This document shows positions 46,311 through 55,145 of a stretch of 64,000 bases of DNA, one piece after another; position 1 is the first letter of the stretch, and every line of letters starts with the position of its first letter. Under the pieces are notes generated by a model, which was not told where the DNA came from, ran no database searches, and saw nothing but the letters and a program-made list of their open reading frames with translations. Source of the stretch: an uncultured Candidatus Saccharibacteria bacterium (GTDB lineage: Bacteria; Patescibacteriota; Saccharimonadia; CAILAD01; BJGX01); NCBI GenBank assembly GCA_964552475.1, contig CAZKFZ010000002.1:134160-198159 (forward strand), given 5' to 3'. The position numbers and the translations under genes were made by a program.

Positions 46311-46808
46311 TTACTTCTTTTTGTCTTCTTCGCGTTTATTTGGAATAAATTGAATAACTATCAACCAAATAGTAAGTGTAGCCATAAAATAGATACGCAA
46401 GTTAAATATCCAGGCAGCTAAGTTGAAATCAGTAACTAATGCTTCTTGGGTAGATGATGGTAGTAGGTTTATTCCAAATGACACGATAAAGAGAGCCGTT
46501 AACACCCCAAGGGCAATTGAACGAATCTTATCATTAGCTTTTTTTTGAGCAACAAGGGCACCAAGGTAAAGCGCCCCACAAATCAAACCTATAAAAATAA
46601 ACTTGGCAATTTCTATCTTTATACCAGCCTTAGAAGATAAGCCATTCATAAATGTCTCTGAACTCATTTGCACAATAAAAAATCCTATGAATGCTCCATA
46701 ACTAATAGTTTTTAGTCTATTCTCGCCAAACATAAAGCCCAACAAGCTTAATCCTGCCAGAAGCGAAAAGAGTATTAAGTTGAAGGTCATTTGGGGAATA
46801 TGATACAT
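46311..46808 (-). CDS. Hypothetical polytopic membrane protein (4-5 TM) heading the ATP-grasp gene block
   Basis: Hydrophobicity pattern only. Confidence 0.5.
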   Translation of the reverse strand: MYHIPQMTFNLILFSLLAGLSLLGFMFGENRLKTISYGAFIGFFIVQMSSETFMNGLSSKAGIKIEIAKFIFIGLICGALYLGALVAQKKANDKIRSIALGVLTALFIVSFGINLLPSSTQEALVTDFNLAAWIFNLRIYFMATLTIWLIVIQFIPNKREEDKKK

Positions 46809-46878
46809 CTTATGCTCTAGTATACTCTTTGAGGTATATATACAGCAATATTAATGAGATAAACTAAGAACACCTATA

Positions 46879-47790
46879 CTACCAAAAGTGTTTTTTATTT
46901 GATGCCTTTCGGTACTCCTCTAGAGCCTTGCGTTGTTTGGCATTGAGTTTCTTTGGCACTTCTACGTGTATAAGTATAAGATGATCGCCCCGGCGGTCTG
47001 TGCCAACAAATGGTAACCCCTTACCAGATAGCTTTACAATTTTGTTTGGTTGAGATCCAGCAGGTATTTTGACAGTTACTTTTCCTTTTAGAGTTTCTAT
47101 CTCTTTTTCGGCACCAAGTGCTGCATCAGCAATATCTAGGGTGATTTCAGATATTAGGTTTGCACCTTCACGCCTTAAGTGCTTATGCGGACGAACTCTT
47201 ATATGCACATATAGATCGCCACGTTGACCTTGAGAATTTACCTCACCTTTACCAGCCATCTTTATGCTTTGGCCATCATCTATACCGGCCGGTATTTTTA
47301 CCTTTACTTCTTCTTGATTTCTAGTGTTTTTTTGCTGATCGGCAACTCGCAAACTTAGCTCTTTGGTAGTGCCTTCTGCGGCCTCCATAAAATCGATTGT
47401 AAGGGCAATTTCTACATCGCGAGTTTGGTTTTGTGCACCTCTAAAAAACATTTCAAAAATATCACCCATACCTCCGCCACCAAAACCAGAAAAATCAAAT
47501 TGCACTCCATCACCAAACGGATTACCACCGCCAAAGGGGTTACCACCTCCAGCCGCCCCACTGCCGGCTTGGTCGGCACCGGCTGCGTGTCCAAACTGAT
47601 CGTAGGCCGCCTTTTTTTGATCATTACTTAGTACCTCATAGGCCTCGTTAAGTTCTTTAAACTTTGCCTCGTCACCAGTTTCTTTGTCGGGGTGAAGCTT
47701 AATAGCTTGTTTTCGAAAAGCTTTTTTTATTTCATCAGCGCTAGCGTTTTTGTCTACGCCAAGCACCTCGTAATAATCGCGTTTGTTCAT
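46879..47790 (-). CDS. dnaJ: DnaJ-family co-chaperone (J domain, G/F region, C-terminal substrate-binding domains, no zinc-finger CxxCxGxG repeats; CbpA-like)
   Basis: J-domain DYYEVLGV...HPDK, Gly/Phe-rich linker, 303 aa. Confidence 0.85.
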   Translation of the reverse strand: MNKRDYYEVLGVDKNASADEIKKAFRKQAIKLHPDKETGDEAKFKELNEAYEVLSNDQKKAAYDQFGHAAGADQAGSGAAGGGNPFGGGNPFGDGVQFDFSGFGGGGMGDIFEMFFRGAQNQTRDVEIALTIDFMEAAEGTTKELSLRVADQQKNTRNQEEVKVKIPAGIDDGQSIKMAGKGEVNSQGQRGDLYVHIRVRPHKHLRREGANLISEITLDIADAALGAEKEIETLKGKVTVKIPAGSQPNKIVKLSGKGLPFVGTDRRGDHLILIHVEVPKKLNAKQRKALEEYRKASNKKHFW

Positions 47791-47791
47791 T

Positions 47792-48406
47792 TTAGCTATT
47801 CACTTTCTTAAAACACTCTATGATGTCTTGCTTGTTAAACGTAATGGTTTCGTTGGCGTGAGCAACAATTGCTTTATTAAGCGACTTTTCGTTACCAATG
47901 TAGGTAATCTTGTGGCCTTTTTGGGCCACAACTCTTAGCGCCGGTATAATATCAGAGTCTGATGTAGCAACTATAAAATGCATATTGGAATTATCATAGG
48001 CTGCTACAATCATATCTACTGCAATTGTTACATCTACGCCTTTTTCTTGAAATATTACCTCGCCGTTTTTTTTACGGGCCTTGAGATTACCAGCAATAAT
48101 ATATTCTACACCCTGCTTGGCGAGCCATGCACCCCACATACGTTTTTGGTCTACCATCTTTTGTGAGGCCTCATGAGCTATCTCGCCCATATCGGTAATA
48201 AGATGTAGTTTGGTGCCGTAATAGCGCACGTTTATGGGTCGCACATTGTCTTTAGTGGCCGACATAAACAGCGATATAATATCAAACTTGGCCAGCTCAG
48301 CCCGTTCTGTTATAAGCTTGGCGTGCACCAAAACGTCTACTATCTGATATAGGAAGTTCTCGCCGTCTATGTAGATTGTAGCAGGAGACTGAGCTGTTTT
48401 TTTCAT
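47792..48406 (-). CDS. NYN/LabA-like (PIN-fold) domain protein embedded in the dnaK operon
   Basis: [10 protein letters not shown]...[12 protein letters not shown] pattern of NYN domains. Confidence 0.65.
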   Translation of the reverse strand: MKKTAQSPATIYIDGENFLYQIVDVLVHAKLITERAELAKFDIISLFMSATKDNVRPINVRYYGTKLHLITDMGEIAHEASQKMVDQKRMWGAWLAKQGVEYIIAGNLKARKKNGEVIFQEKGVDVTIAVDMIVAAYDNSNMHFIVATSDSDIIPALRVVAQKGHKITYIGNEKSLNKAIVAHANETITFNKQDIIECFKKVNS

Positions 48407-48750
48407 ACAAGAATTATCTCATGTTTAAACCATTTTTCTTGAAAATCTAACTGTTTTTCAATTTCTTCTTTTGTTAACATACTGCCGTCGGTTGCAATTA
48501 GCTTATCCTCATTGTCATTAAAGCGATGAACATAGCCTATGCATGTAGCTTCAATTCCTTTGAGAGGTTTTTTAGACGACAAATAATATACATCTATCGG
48601 CATACCATCACCAGCCTTGGTGCCAGGCACAAACCCGTAATTGACAGGGTAGATATCGTCAAATTTGGGATGTTTTGTGCCAAGTGGCCGGTCGAATTTA
48701 ATCTGAATAGTTTTACCCAGAAAATCCTTACCTTGGCTAACCTTTGACAT
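48403..48750 (-). CDS. Short (115 aa) inorganic-pyrophosphatase-fold protein, probably a truncated or degenerate family I PPase paralog
   Basis: YPVNYGFVPGTKAGDGMPIDVYYL parallels E. coli PPase YPCNYGYI...DGDPVDVLV, but the protein is about 60 aa shorter than a functional PPase and lacks part of the active-site set. Confidence 0.5.
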   Translation of the reverse strand: MSKVSQGKDFLGKTIQIKFDRPLGTKHPKFDDIYPVNYGFVPGTKAGDGMPIDVYYLSSKKPLKGIEATCIGYVHRFNDNEDKLIATDGSMLTKEEIEKQLDFQEKWFKHEIILV

Positions 48751-48755
48751 TACAA

Positions 48756-50687
48756 TTACTTATCTTTTCCGTCCACTACTTCACCGTCTTCACCGTCATC
48801 AGATTTGGTGTCTTCACTATCTTTTTCGCCTTCTTTAACCTCGGCTTCTTCAACTTTTTCATCTTTATTGGCTTCGGCATCTTTAGCTTCTTGCTTATAC
48901 ATAGCTTCGCCTATTTTCATGAGTTTTTCGTTAAGATCATCACTTAACTTTTTGAGCTCGGCAGTATCTTCACTGTCTATTTTTTCCTTGAGAGCAGCCA
49001 CAGCATCTTCAACAGGTTTCTTGTCTTCTGCACTTATCTTGTCACCAGCATCTTTTAGAGTTTTTTCAGCAGTGTATATGAGGGTGTCGGCATGATTTTT
49101 TGCTTCTACCTGTTCTTTCTTTTTCTTATCTTCATCAGCATGGGTTTCGGCGTCTTGTTGCATCTTTTTAATTTCTTCTTCGCTTAAGCTACCACCACCA
49201 GTAATGGTAATTTTTTGTTCTTTGCCAGTAGCCTTGTCTTTGGCACTCACATTTACAATACCGTTGGCATCTATATTAAAGCTTACTTCTATTTGTGGAA
49301 CTCCACGCGGAGCAGGTGGAATTCCATCGAGTATGAATCTACCAAGCGATTTGTTGTCGTTGGCCATTTCGCGCTCACCTTGCAATACGTTTATCTCTAC
49401 GCTTGTTTGATTATCAGCAGCTGTAGAGAAGGTTTGTGACTTACTAGTAGGAATGGTGGTGTTGCGCTCAATTAATTTAGTACTTACTGAGCCCATAGTT
49501 TCGATACCAAGACTTAGTGGAGTTACGTCCAACAAGAGAACGTCCTTAACGTCTCCACCCAATACACCACCTTGTATAGCAGCACCTATAGCTACAACTT
49601 CGTCGGGATTAACACCTTGTAGTGGCTTTTTACCAAAGAATTCTTCTACTTTGCGTTGCACTAACGGCATTCTGGTCATACCACCTACTAATATAATCTC
49701 GTTGATTTCGTCTTTTTTTAGCCCGGCATCTTTTAGGGCTGCCTCACAAGGCACAAGAGTTTTGTCTACCAACTCACTTACAATTTTCTCAAAGTCTGCA
49801 CGGCTGAGAGTCATATCTAGGTGTTTTGGTCCACTAGCATCAGCAGTTACAAAGGGAATATTTATGTTGGTCTCGTTGGTAGTAGAGAGCTCTATCTTAG
49901 CCTTTTCGGCGGCTTCTTTTAGTCGCTGCATTGCGGCTTTGTCGGCCTTAAGATCTATGCCTTGATCTTTTTTGAATTCGTCTATGAGCCAATTTATAAG
50001 CGTAAGGTCAAAATCATCGCCACCTAGGTGGGTATCACCATTGGTAGATTTTACTTCAAATACGCCATCGCCTAGCTCTAGTACTGATACGTCGAATGTG
50101 CCCCCACCAAGGTCGTAAACAACTACTTTTTCTTCTTTCTTTTTCTCTAAACCATAAGCCAATGCAGCAGCGGTAGGCTCGTTGATAATTCGTTTTACCT
50201 CTAGCCCAGCAATCTTGCCAGCATCTTTGGTGGCTTGGCGTTGAGCATCGTCAAAGTAAGCCGGTACAGTTATAACAGCCTCAGTTACTTCTGTGCCTAA
50301 ATATTTTTCGGCATCAGCTTTGAGCTTAGAGAGTATCATGGCTGATATTTCTTCTGGAGTATAATCTTTACCAGCCATTTGTACTTTTACATGGCCATCG
50401 GCCTGTACTATCTTGTAAGGCATAAGGTCTATATCGCGTTTTACTTCGGGGTCGTCAAACTTACGCCCTATAAGTCGCTTTACCGAAAATATTGTGTTGT
50501 CAGGGTTAATTACCGCCTGACGTTTAGCAGTTTGGCCTACCAAACGCTCGTCGTTTTTGTTGACCGCAACCACACTCGGTGTGGTACGAGCACCTTCTAT
50601 ATTAGTTATTACCGTAGGGTCGCCACCCTCCATCACTGCCATAGCTGAGTTGGTGGTTCCTAAGTCTATTCCTATAATCTTACTCAT
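48756..50687 (-). CDS. dnaK: Molecular chaperone DnaK (Hsp70)
   Basis: [18 protein letters not shown], full Hsp70 architecture with acidic C-terminal tail. Confidence 0.95.
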   Translation of the reverse strand: MSKIIGIDLGTTNSAMAVMEGGDPTVITNIEGARTTPSVVAVNKNDERLVGQTAKRQAVINPDNTIFSVKRLIGRKFDDPEVKRDIDLMPYKIVQADGHVKVQMAGKDYTPEEISAMILSKLKADAEKYLGTEVTEAVITVPAYFDDAQRQATKDAGKIAGLEVKRIINEPTAAALAYGLEKKKEEKVVVYDLGGGTFDVSVLELGDGVFEVKSTNGDTHLGGDDFDLTLINWLIDEFKKDQGIDLKADKAAMQRLKEAAEKAKIELSTTNETNINIPFVTADASGPKHLDMTLSRADFEKIVSELVDKTLVPCEAALKDAGLKKDEINEIILVGGMTRMPLVQRKVEEFFGKKPLQGVNPDEVVAIGAAIQGGVLGGDVKDVLLLDVTPLSLGIETMGSVSTKLIERNTTIPTSKSQTFSTAADNQTSVEINVLQGEREMANDNKSLGRFILDGIPPAPRGVPQIEVSFNIDANGIVNVSAKDKATGKEQKITITGGGSLSEEEIKKMQQDAETHADEDKKKKEQVEAKNHADTLIYTAEKTLKDAGDKISAEDKKPVEDAVAALKEKIDSEDTAELKKLSDDLNEKLMKIGEAMYKQEAKDAEANKDEKVEEAEVKEGEKDSEDTKSDDGEDGEVVDGKDK

Positions 50688-51241
50688 TATTGTTCTCCTT
50701 TTATAACTTTATCGTTTTTTAAATTACTGTTTTTGCCACTACTTACCTTTACTTGCGCCGGCCGCACTACTCGCTCACCTATTTGATATCCGGGTATAAT
50801 TACTTCTACAATGGTTTCAGGTGGCTTGTCTGAGCTAATGTGTTCTATAGCCTCGTGCAAAGCGGGATCAAATAACTCTCCTGTTGGGCTGAATCGCTTA
50901 ACGCCCATATCCTCTAAAATGTCTAGCATTTGCTGGCCCACATATTGCATACCTTTGGCCCAGGCGTTGTCTTCTAGCTCAGCCGGCAAGTGGGTGGCAG
51001 CTCTGTCGAAGTTATCTAGTGCCGGCAAAAGCTCAGATAGTACGGCTTCTTTTGCGTTGTCCATCAATTCAGAGCGCTGACTGGCTTCGCGTTTTTTATA
51101 ATTCTCAAACTCTGCTTGCAAGCGCTGTAAATGCAGTGTAAGCTCTCCTATTTGTTGCTCGTACTGCTCTGGTGATTTCTTCTTAGATATTTTCTTGGGT
51201 AGTTTTTTTGAATTCATAATATTCTTATCGGCTTTCTCCAA
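50687..51241 (-). CDS. grpE: Nucleotide exchange factor GrpE
   Basis: Coiled-coil N-terminus plus C-terminal beta domain. Position between hrcA and dnaK. Confidence 0.85.
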   Translation of the reverse strand: MEKADKNIMNSKKLPKKISKKKSPEQYEQQIGELTLHLQRLQAEFENYKKREASQRSELMDNAKEAVLSELLPALDNFDRAATHLPAELEDNAWAKGMQYVGQQMLDILEDMGVKRFSPTGELFDPALHEAIEHISSDKPPETIVEVIIPGYQIGERVVRPAQVKVSSGKNSNLKNDKVIKGEQ

Positions 51242-51932
51242 ATGCTTCTTCTAAAGCGTGCGTAGTACCTTCTACTAAGTTCATTACTTTATTGTAGCTT
51301 TGGCGCGTAGGACCAACTATACCTATGTAACTTCTGTCTGAGTAGGGGCTAGAAAAACGATTAACTATCATAGTAAGTCCGCTGTTACGAGCAATTGGGT
51401 TCTCGGCACCAATATATACCTGTAGCTTTTCTACATTGGCACTCTCTAGCCACTGCTGCATAGCGTCTATAAAACGTGCTGCCTCAAGTGCCTGTACTTG
51501 GTCTAAAAACTCTGGTTGAGAGAAAAGTTGGCTCATACCATGTAGGTATACTGAGTCACTAAGAGTAGCGAAGGCCATATTACCTGTCAAATCACTTAAG
51601 GTTTCTGCAGCTATCTTTATGGCGCCGTCAGTTCTATCTTTAAGACTATCCACCCTTTTTGCTATAGTTTGCACACTTTTACTTGGATTGGATTGGTCTT
51701 GAGACGATACGGTGTTTACAAAGAACCTGTAGCCTTTATCGGTCGGTACACGCCCAGCTGACACATGTGGCTGAAATATGTAGCCCTGATCTTCTAATAT
51801 GCCCATTTCGGCACGAATAGTAGCTGAACTAAGTCCAAAAAGCCTAGTTAACTCACGCGAGCTAACTGGTTCGGCAGAGTCGGCATAGAGCTGAATTATC
51901 TCAGATAGAATCTGTTTTTGACGATCTGTCAT
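51225..51932 (-). CDS. hrcA: Heat-inducible transcription repressor HrcA (short form)
   Basis: N-terminal winged-helix MTDRQKQILSEIIQLYADSAEPVSSRELTRLFGLSSATIRAEMGILEDQGYI. Confidence 0.85.
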   Translation of the reverse strand: MTDRQKQILSEIIQLYADSAEPVSSRELTRLFGLSSATIRAEMGILEDQGYIFQPHVSAGRVPTDKGYRFFVNTVSSQDQSNPSKSVQTIAKRVDSLKDRTDGAIKIAAETLSDLTGNMAFATLSDSVYLHGMSQLFSQPEFLDQVQALEAARFIDAMQQWLESANVEKLQVYIGAENPIARNSGLTMIVNRFSSPYSDRSYIGIVGPTRQSYNKVMNLVEGTTHALEEAFGESR

Positions 51933-52008
51933 GACATATATATGATAATACTATCGTTATTGGCAGTCAACACTATATAGTGCCAACTTGATTTCTATTA
52001 TATATAAG

Positions 52009-52035
52009 TTAGCACTCTAGTGTCAAGAGTGCTAA
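52009..52035. promoter_or_regulatory. CIRCE operator (TTAGCACTC-N9-GAGTGCTAA), perfect match, overlapping the -35 of the hrcA-dnaK operon promoter
   Basis: ttagcactc tagtgtcaa gagtgctaa read directly. On the minus strand the spacer contains TTGACA, and TATAAT follows 18 nt downstream (plus coordinates about 51997-52002). hrcA starts at 51932. Confidence 0.88.
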
Positions 52036-52216
52036 TTGGGTTTTATTTGCGTCTGGGTTGATTTGAAAGTATTCATTATAATTTTTGTATTATCACGTCC
52101 TGGAAAATCTATTACGTTTTCGGGCTGACTAGGTTTATTTGGAGAATCTGTCATTAGACATTATTTATTATGGTTAAGTTTATTATACATAAAAAAATGA
52201 TTATTACATATTTTGC

Positions 52217-52507
52217 CTAGTTATCAGTTGGTAACGTCTCTTCTATAGTTGTATCGCTCATTTGCTCCGCTGGCACTTTATTATCGCTATCGGCTTCGTA
52301 CGTATGTTCAGGGTCTTCAAAGATATATGTTTGGTCTGTGTCTTGGGCAGGTGTGATTTTAGCTAAGTATTTAAATCCAAACCAAATAAAACTTATTAGT
52401 ACTAACAGTGAACCAATTGCAATTAATACTTTGCGCCTTATATTACTGGGTTTAATTTGTGAGTTCATTGGGCAATAATACCAAAACAATATACAACATA
52501 AAAGCAC
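52217..52507 (-). CDS. Small single-TM hypothetical protein with acidic C-terminus
   Basis: ORF plus one hydrophobic helix (LIAIGSLLVLISFIWFGF). Confidence 0.4.
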   Translation of the reverse strand: MLLCCILFWYYCPMNSQIKPSNIRRKVLIAIGSLLVLISFIWFGFKYLAKITPAQDTDQTYIFEDPEHTYEADSDNKVPAEQMSDTTIEETLPTDN

Positions 52508-52545
52508 AGCTGTTTTAGTTAGATCCGTAAAGGGTTAAATCTTAC

Positions 52546-54480
52546 CTAAATCTTAGCTCGCCACTCTTTGTTCTTACCTTTTCTCTTGGCTATGTATAGA
52601 CCAGTAGCACCTATTAGTAAGAGTATAAAGGCAATAAGTGATACCCACTTAATGTTACGGCCAGTGGCAGCGACAACGCTACTCGCCGGACTAGGTGTAA
52701 CACTGGCGGGTATAAGGTTGGCTTCTACTAATGCACCAAACTCAGAGGTGTGTCCAAAGCCATCGGTAGAGTTGTCTGTCATAGTGGTAGTAGCAGAAAC
52801 AAACTTATTACCTTCTACTCCACTAGGAAGAGTAAAGGTTACAGATTGGTTAGTTACATCACCAGCTACATTTTCGGTACCTAAGAAAGTCTGTCCTTCA
52901 CCGTAGCCTGACGGGTCAGCGGCATCATTGGCAAAGAACTCTACTCTATAGCCGGTAGCACCGGCTTCGGCATCATTGATATCTAGATCATAATTGATAG
53001 TTACTTGACCATCGGTAGAAGTGATGGAGTTGATGACTGGGAAGTTCATAAGGTGATTAGATGTGATATCTGGGTCGTCAGCATCGTTGAGAGTGACACC
53101 CAAACTTGTAAACGTCACGAAATCGTTGGTATTGCCGAGTAGATCTATACCTAGCGTAGAAAGCCCACCACCAGTGTTGCTATGCACACTGTTACCCAAA
53201 AAAGAGTTGTTGAGACCGCCAGCTCCACCGAGGCTAGTTACTAATAAGCCAGCTCCGTTACCAGCAACTAGATTAGCCTGGTTACTACTGGTACCTCCTA
53301 TTAGGTTGTTCTCGCTTGCTAAAACCAGAAGAGCTGCCGTTGTATTGCCAACTCCAGCGACTTCGCCGTTGATATTTGTGCCGATATAATTGCCTTGAAT
53401 AGTGTTGTTTGAATTACCTATTATCAAACCCATACTATTGCCAGATATAATATTACGTGCAGCAGCTGTGTTACCGCCAATAGTACAGCCAGCTGTCATG
53501 GTAATGCCTGAATTGGTGTTACCTACATCGGTAAGACCGGTGTAGCCGGTACCAATTAAGTTACCTTGAACAAGCGTTGAACCAGATAGGTTTATCCCAT
53601 TAGTACCATTACCAGAAATTACATTAATTGCACCCGCACTTGTGCCGCCTATGAGGTTATTGGCAGAGCCTTGTACCATACCAACGCCAGAACTTTCGTT
53701 GGGCATAGCCGTAAGTCCTCCAGCATCCACTCCTACGTAGTTCCCTTGTACTGTCCAGCCACTACACAAGTCACATATCGACACCCCTTCGTTACCTTGG
53801 CCGCCACCGCTGTCGTCATTACCAGATATTATATTTCTGTCGGCAGGGTCTAGACCACCTACCACTACATTGTCAGCAGAGAAACCCGTACCGCTACCTA
53901 TACCTCTAGCTTCGTTACCAAGATCGGTCAGTCCATCTACGCTGGTACCTATATAATTACCTTCAAATGTAAGTGAGTTGGCTGCCAATATACCTATACC
54001 ATCAAAACTAAATCTATTTATCACTAAGCCTCTTACGGTACTACCGTCACTGCCGGCAATAAAGGCAAGTCCATTGACATTCGGCCCACCAGCAAGAGAA
54101 CCATCTAGTTCTATCATCATAGTGCCATTGAACGGATTGGGAGCGACTGCTGTGTTGGCTACCCAACCAGATTGAGTAGTGCCATCTATAGTGACTTGGT
54201 CGGTAATAGAGGGTAATGCACTGGTGGGCTGTATGGTATGCGGTCCAGCTCCAGCTATCGCAAACTCTATTACATCATCTACACCTACACTGGCGTTAGC
54301 GTCAGTAATAGCTTCCCGTAGCGATCCTGCTCCAGAGTCATTAGTGTTAGTAACCGTAATTGTAGCAGCATGGGCACTGTAGGGACTAAAAAGAGCTACT
54401 CCAGATGTAAGTAGATATGAGAATACTATTAGTGTAGCTAAGAGTATATTGAATGATCTTTTGATGTTTTGTGTTTGCAT
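52546..54480 (-). CDS. Cell-surface parallel-beta-helix repeat protein (P1): signal peptide, CSLREA-type N-terminal domain, NxxISGN beta-helix repeats, conserved C-terminal module, degenerate sorting signal (VAATG) plus TM and KRKGK tail
   Basis: N-terminus ATITVTNTNDSGAGSLREAITDAN. Repeated I/V-x-G-N motifs. C-terminal 200 aa nearly identical to those of the 55146 and 61935 genes. Confidence 0.75.
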   Translation of the reverse strand: MQTQNIKRSFNILLATLIVFSYLLTSGVALFSPYSAHAATITVTNTNDSGAGSLREAITDANASVGVDDVIEFAIAGAGPHTIQPTSALPSITDQVTIDGTTQSGWVANTAVAPNPFNGTMMIELDGSLAGGPNVNGLAFIAGSDGSTVRGLVINRFSFDGIGILAANSLTFEGNYIGTSVDGLTDLGNEARGIGSGTGFSADNVVVGGLDPADRNIISGNDDSGGGQGNEGVSICDLCSGWTVQGNYVGVDAGGLTAMPNESSGVGMVQGSANNLIGGTSAGAINVISGNGTNGINLSGSTLVQGNLIGTGYTGLTDVGNTNSGITMTAGCTIGGNTAAARNIISGNSMGLIIGNSNNTIQGNYIGTNINGEVAGVGNTTAALLVLASENNLIGGTSSNQANLVAGNGAGLLVTSLGGAGGLNNSFLGNSVHSNTGGGLSTLGIDLLGNTNDFVTFTSLGVTLNDADDPDITSNHLMNFPVINSITSTDGQVTINYDLDINDAEAGATGYRVEFFANDAADPSGYGEGQTFLGTENVAGDVTNQSVTFTLPSGVEGNKFVSATTTMTDNSTDGFGHTSEFGALVEANLIPASVTPSPASSVVAATGRNIKWVSLIAFILLLIGATGLYIAKRKGKNKEWRAKI

Positions 54481-54527
54481 AACAACTTTATGAATATTGT
54501 AGCAAAATGTTTATGGTTGGGGCAAAT

Positions 54528-55103
54528 CTAGGTGGTCGGCTTAGCAACCACCACTACCCTACCGTCTGCACTGCCTTTTTCTGTACAAGTATAAATTGTC
54601 AGCTTGGCTTCTCCGCTAGCATCTTCTATCTCGGTCTGAGTTGGTTTTACTTGAAAAACCTTTTCTACCTTATATTTATAATCCTTACTGTTCCAGTGAA
54701 CCAATACTTCATCACCCTCTTTCACGTCTTTGAGGTTATAAAAAAATGATTTCTCTATAACTTCACCAGGTGTTTTACCCCATACAAAACTGTGAGCGCT
54801 AAGTATAAAGTTACCACCAATCTCAGGGTTGCCTTTGTCTGGAAATCTATGCCAAGCACCTTTATCTAATTGTTCTTCTCCACCTTCAGTTATGAGTGTG
54901 TTGATATTTTGTGACGACACTTTAATATAGTTTTGTTTTTCACTAAAAGTAATATTTGAGTTTTTTGAGTAAAATCCTTTTAGTTTTGGAGAAAAATATA
55001 GTATTAAAAAATATATGCCAATTATTATTAGCAAAGACGATATTATTATTAAGAGTATCTTAGTTTTATTTCTCTTTTTTTTCATAGACAATAATCCAGA
55101 CAA
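54528..55103 (-). CDS. Sortase (S1), cassette-associated, near-identical to the sortase at 61317-61892
   Basis: TM anchor, NFILSAHS (His), LTIYTCTEKG (Cys), GRVVVVAKP (Arg). Confidence 0.8.
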   Translation of the reverse strand: MSGLLSMKKKRNKTKILLIIISSLLIIIGIYFLILYFSPKLKGFYSKNSNITFSEKQNYIKVSSQNINTLITEGGEEQLDKGAWHRFPDKGNPEIGGNFILSAHSFVWGKTPGEVIEKSFFYNLKDVKEGDEVLVHWNSKDYKYKVEKVFQVKPTQTEIEDASGEAKLTIYTCTEKGSADGRVVVVAKPTT

Positions 55104-55145
55104 TTACTAGCTACATTATAGCAACTACTATCTTGATATCTAATA

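Noticed and set aside
48805-49965. Plus-strand ORFs antisense to dnaK (Ser/Ala/Leu-rich low-complexity translations).
   Set aside because: Typical antisense artefacts of a highly expressed, codon-biased gene. Entirely contained within dnaK.
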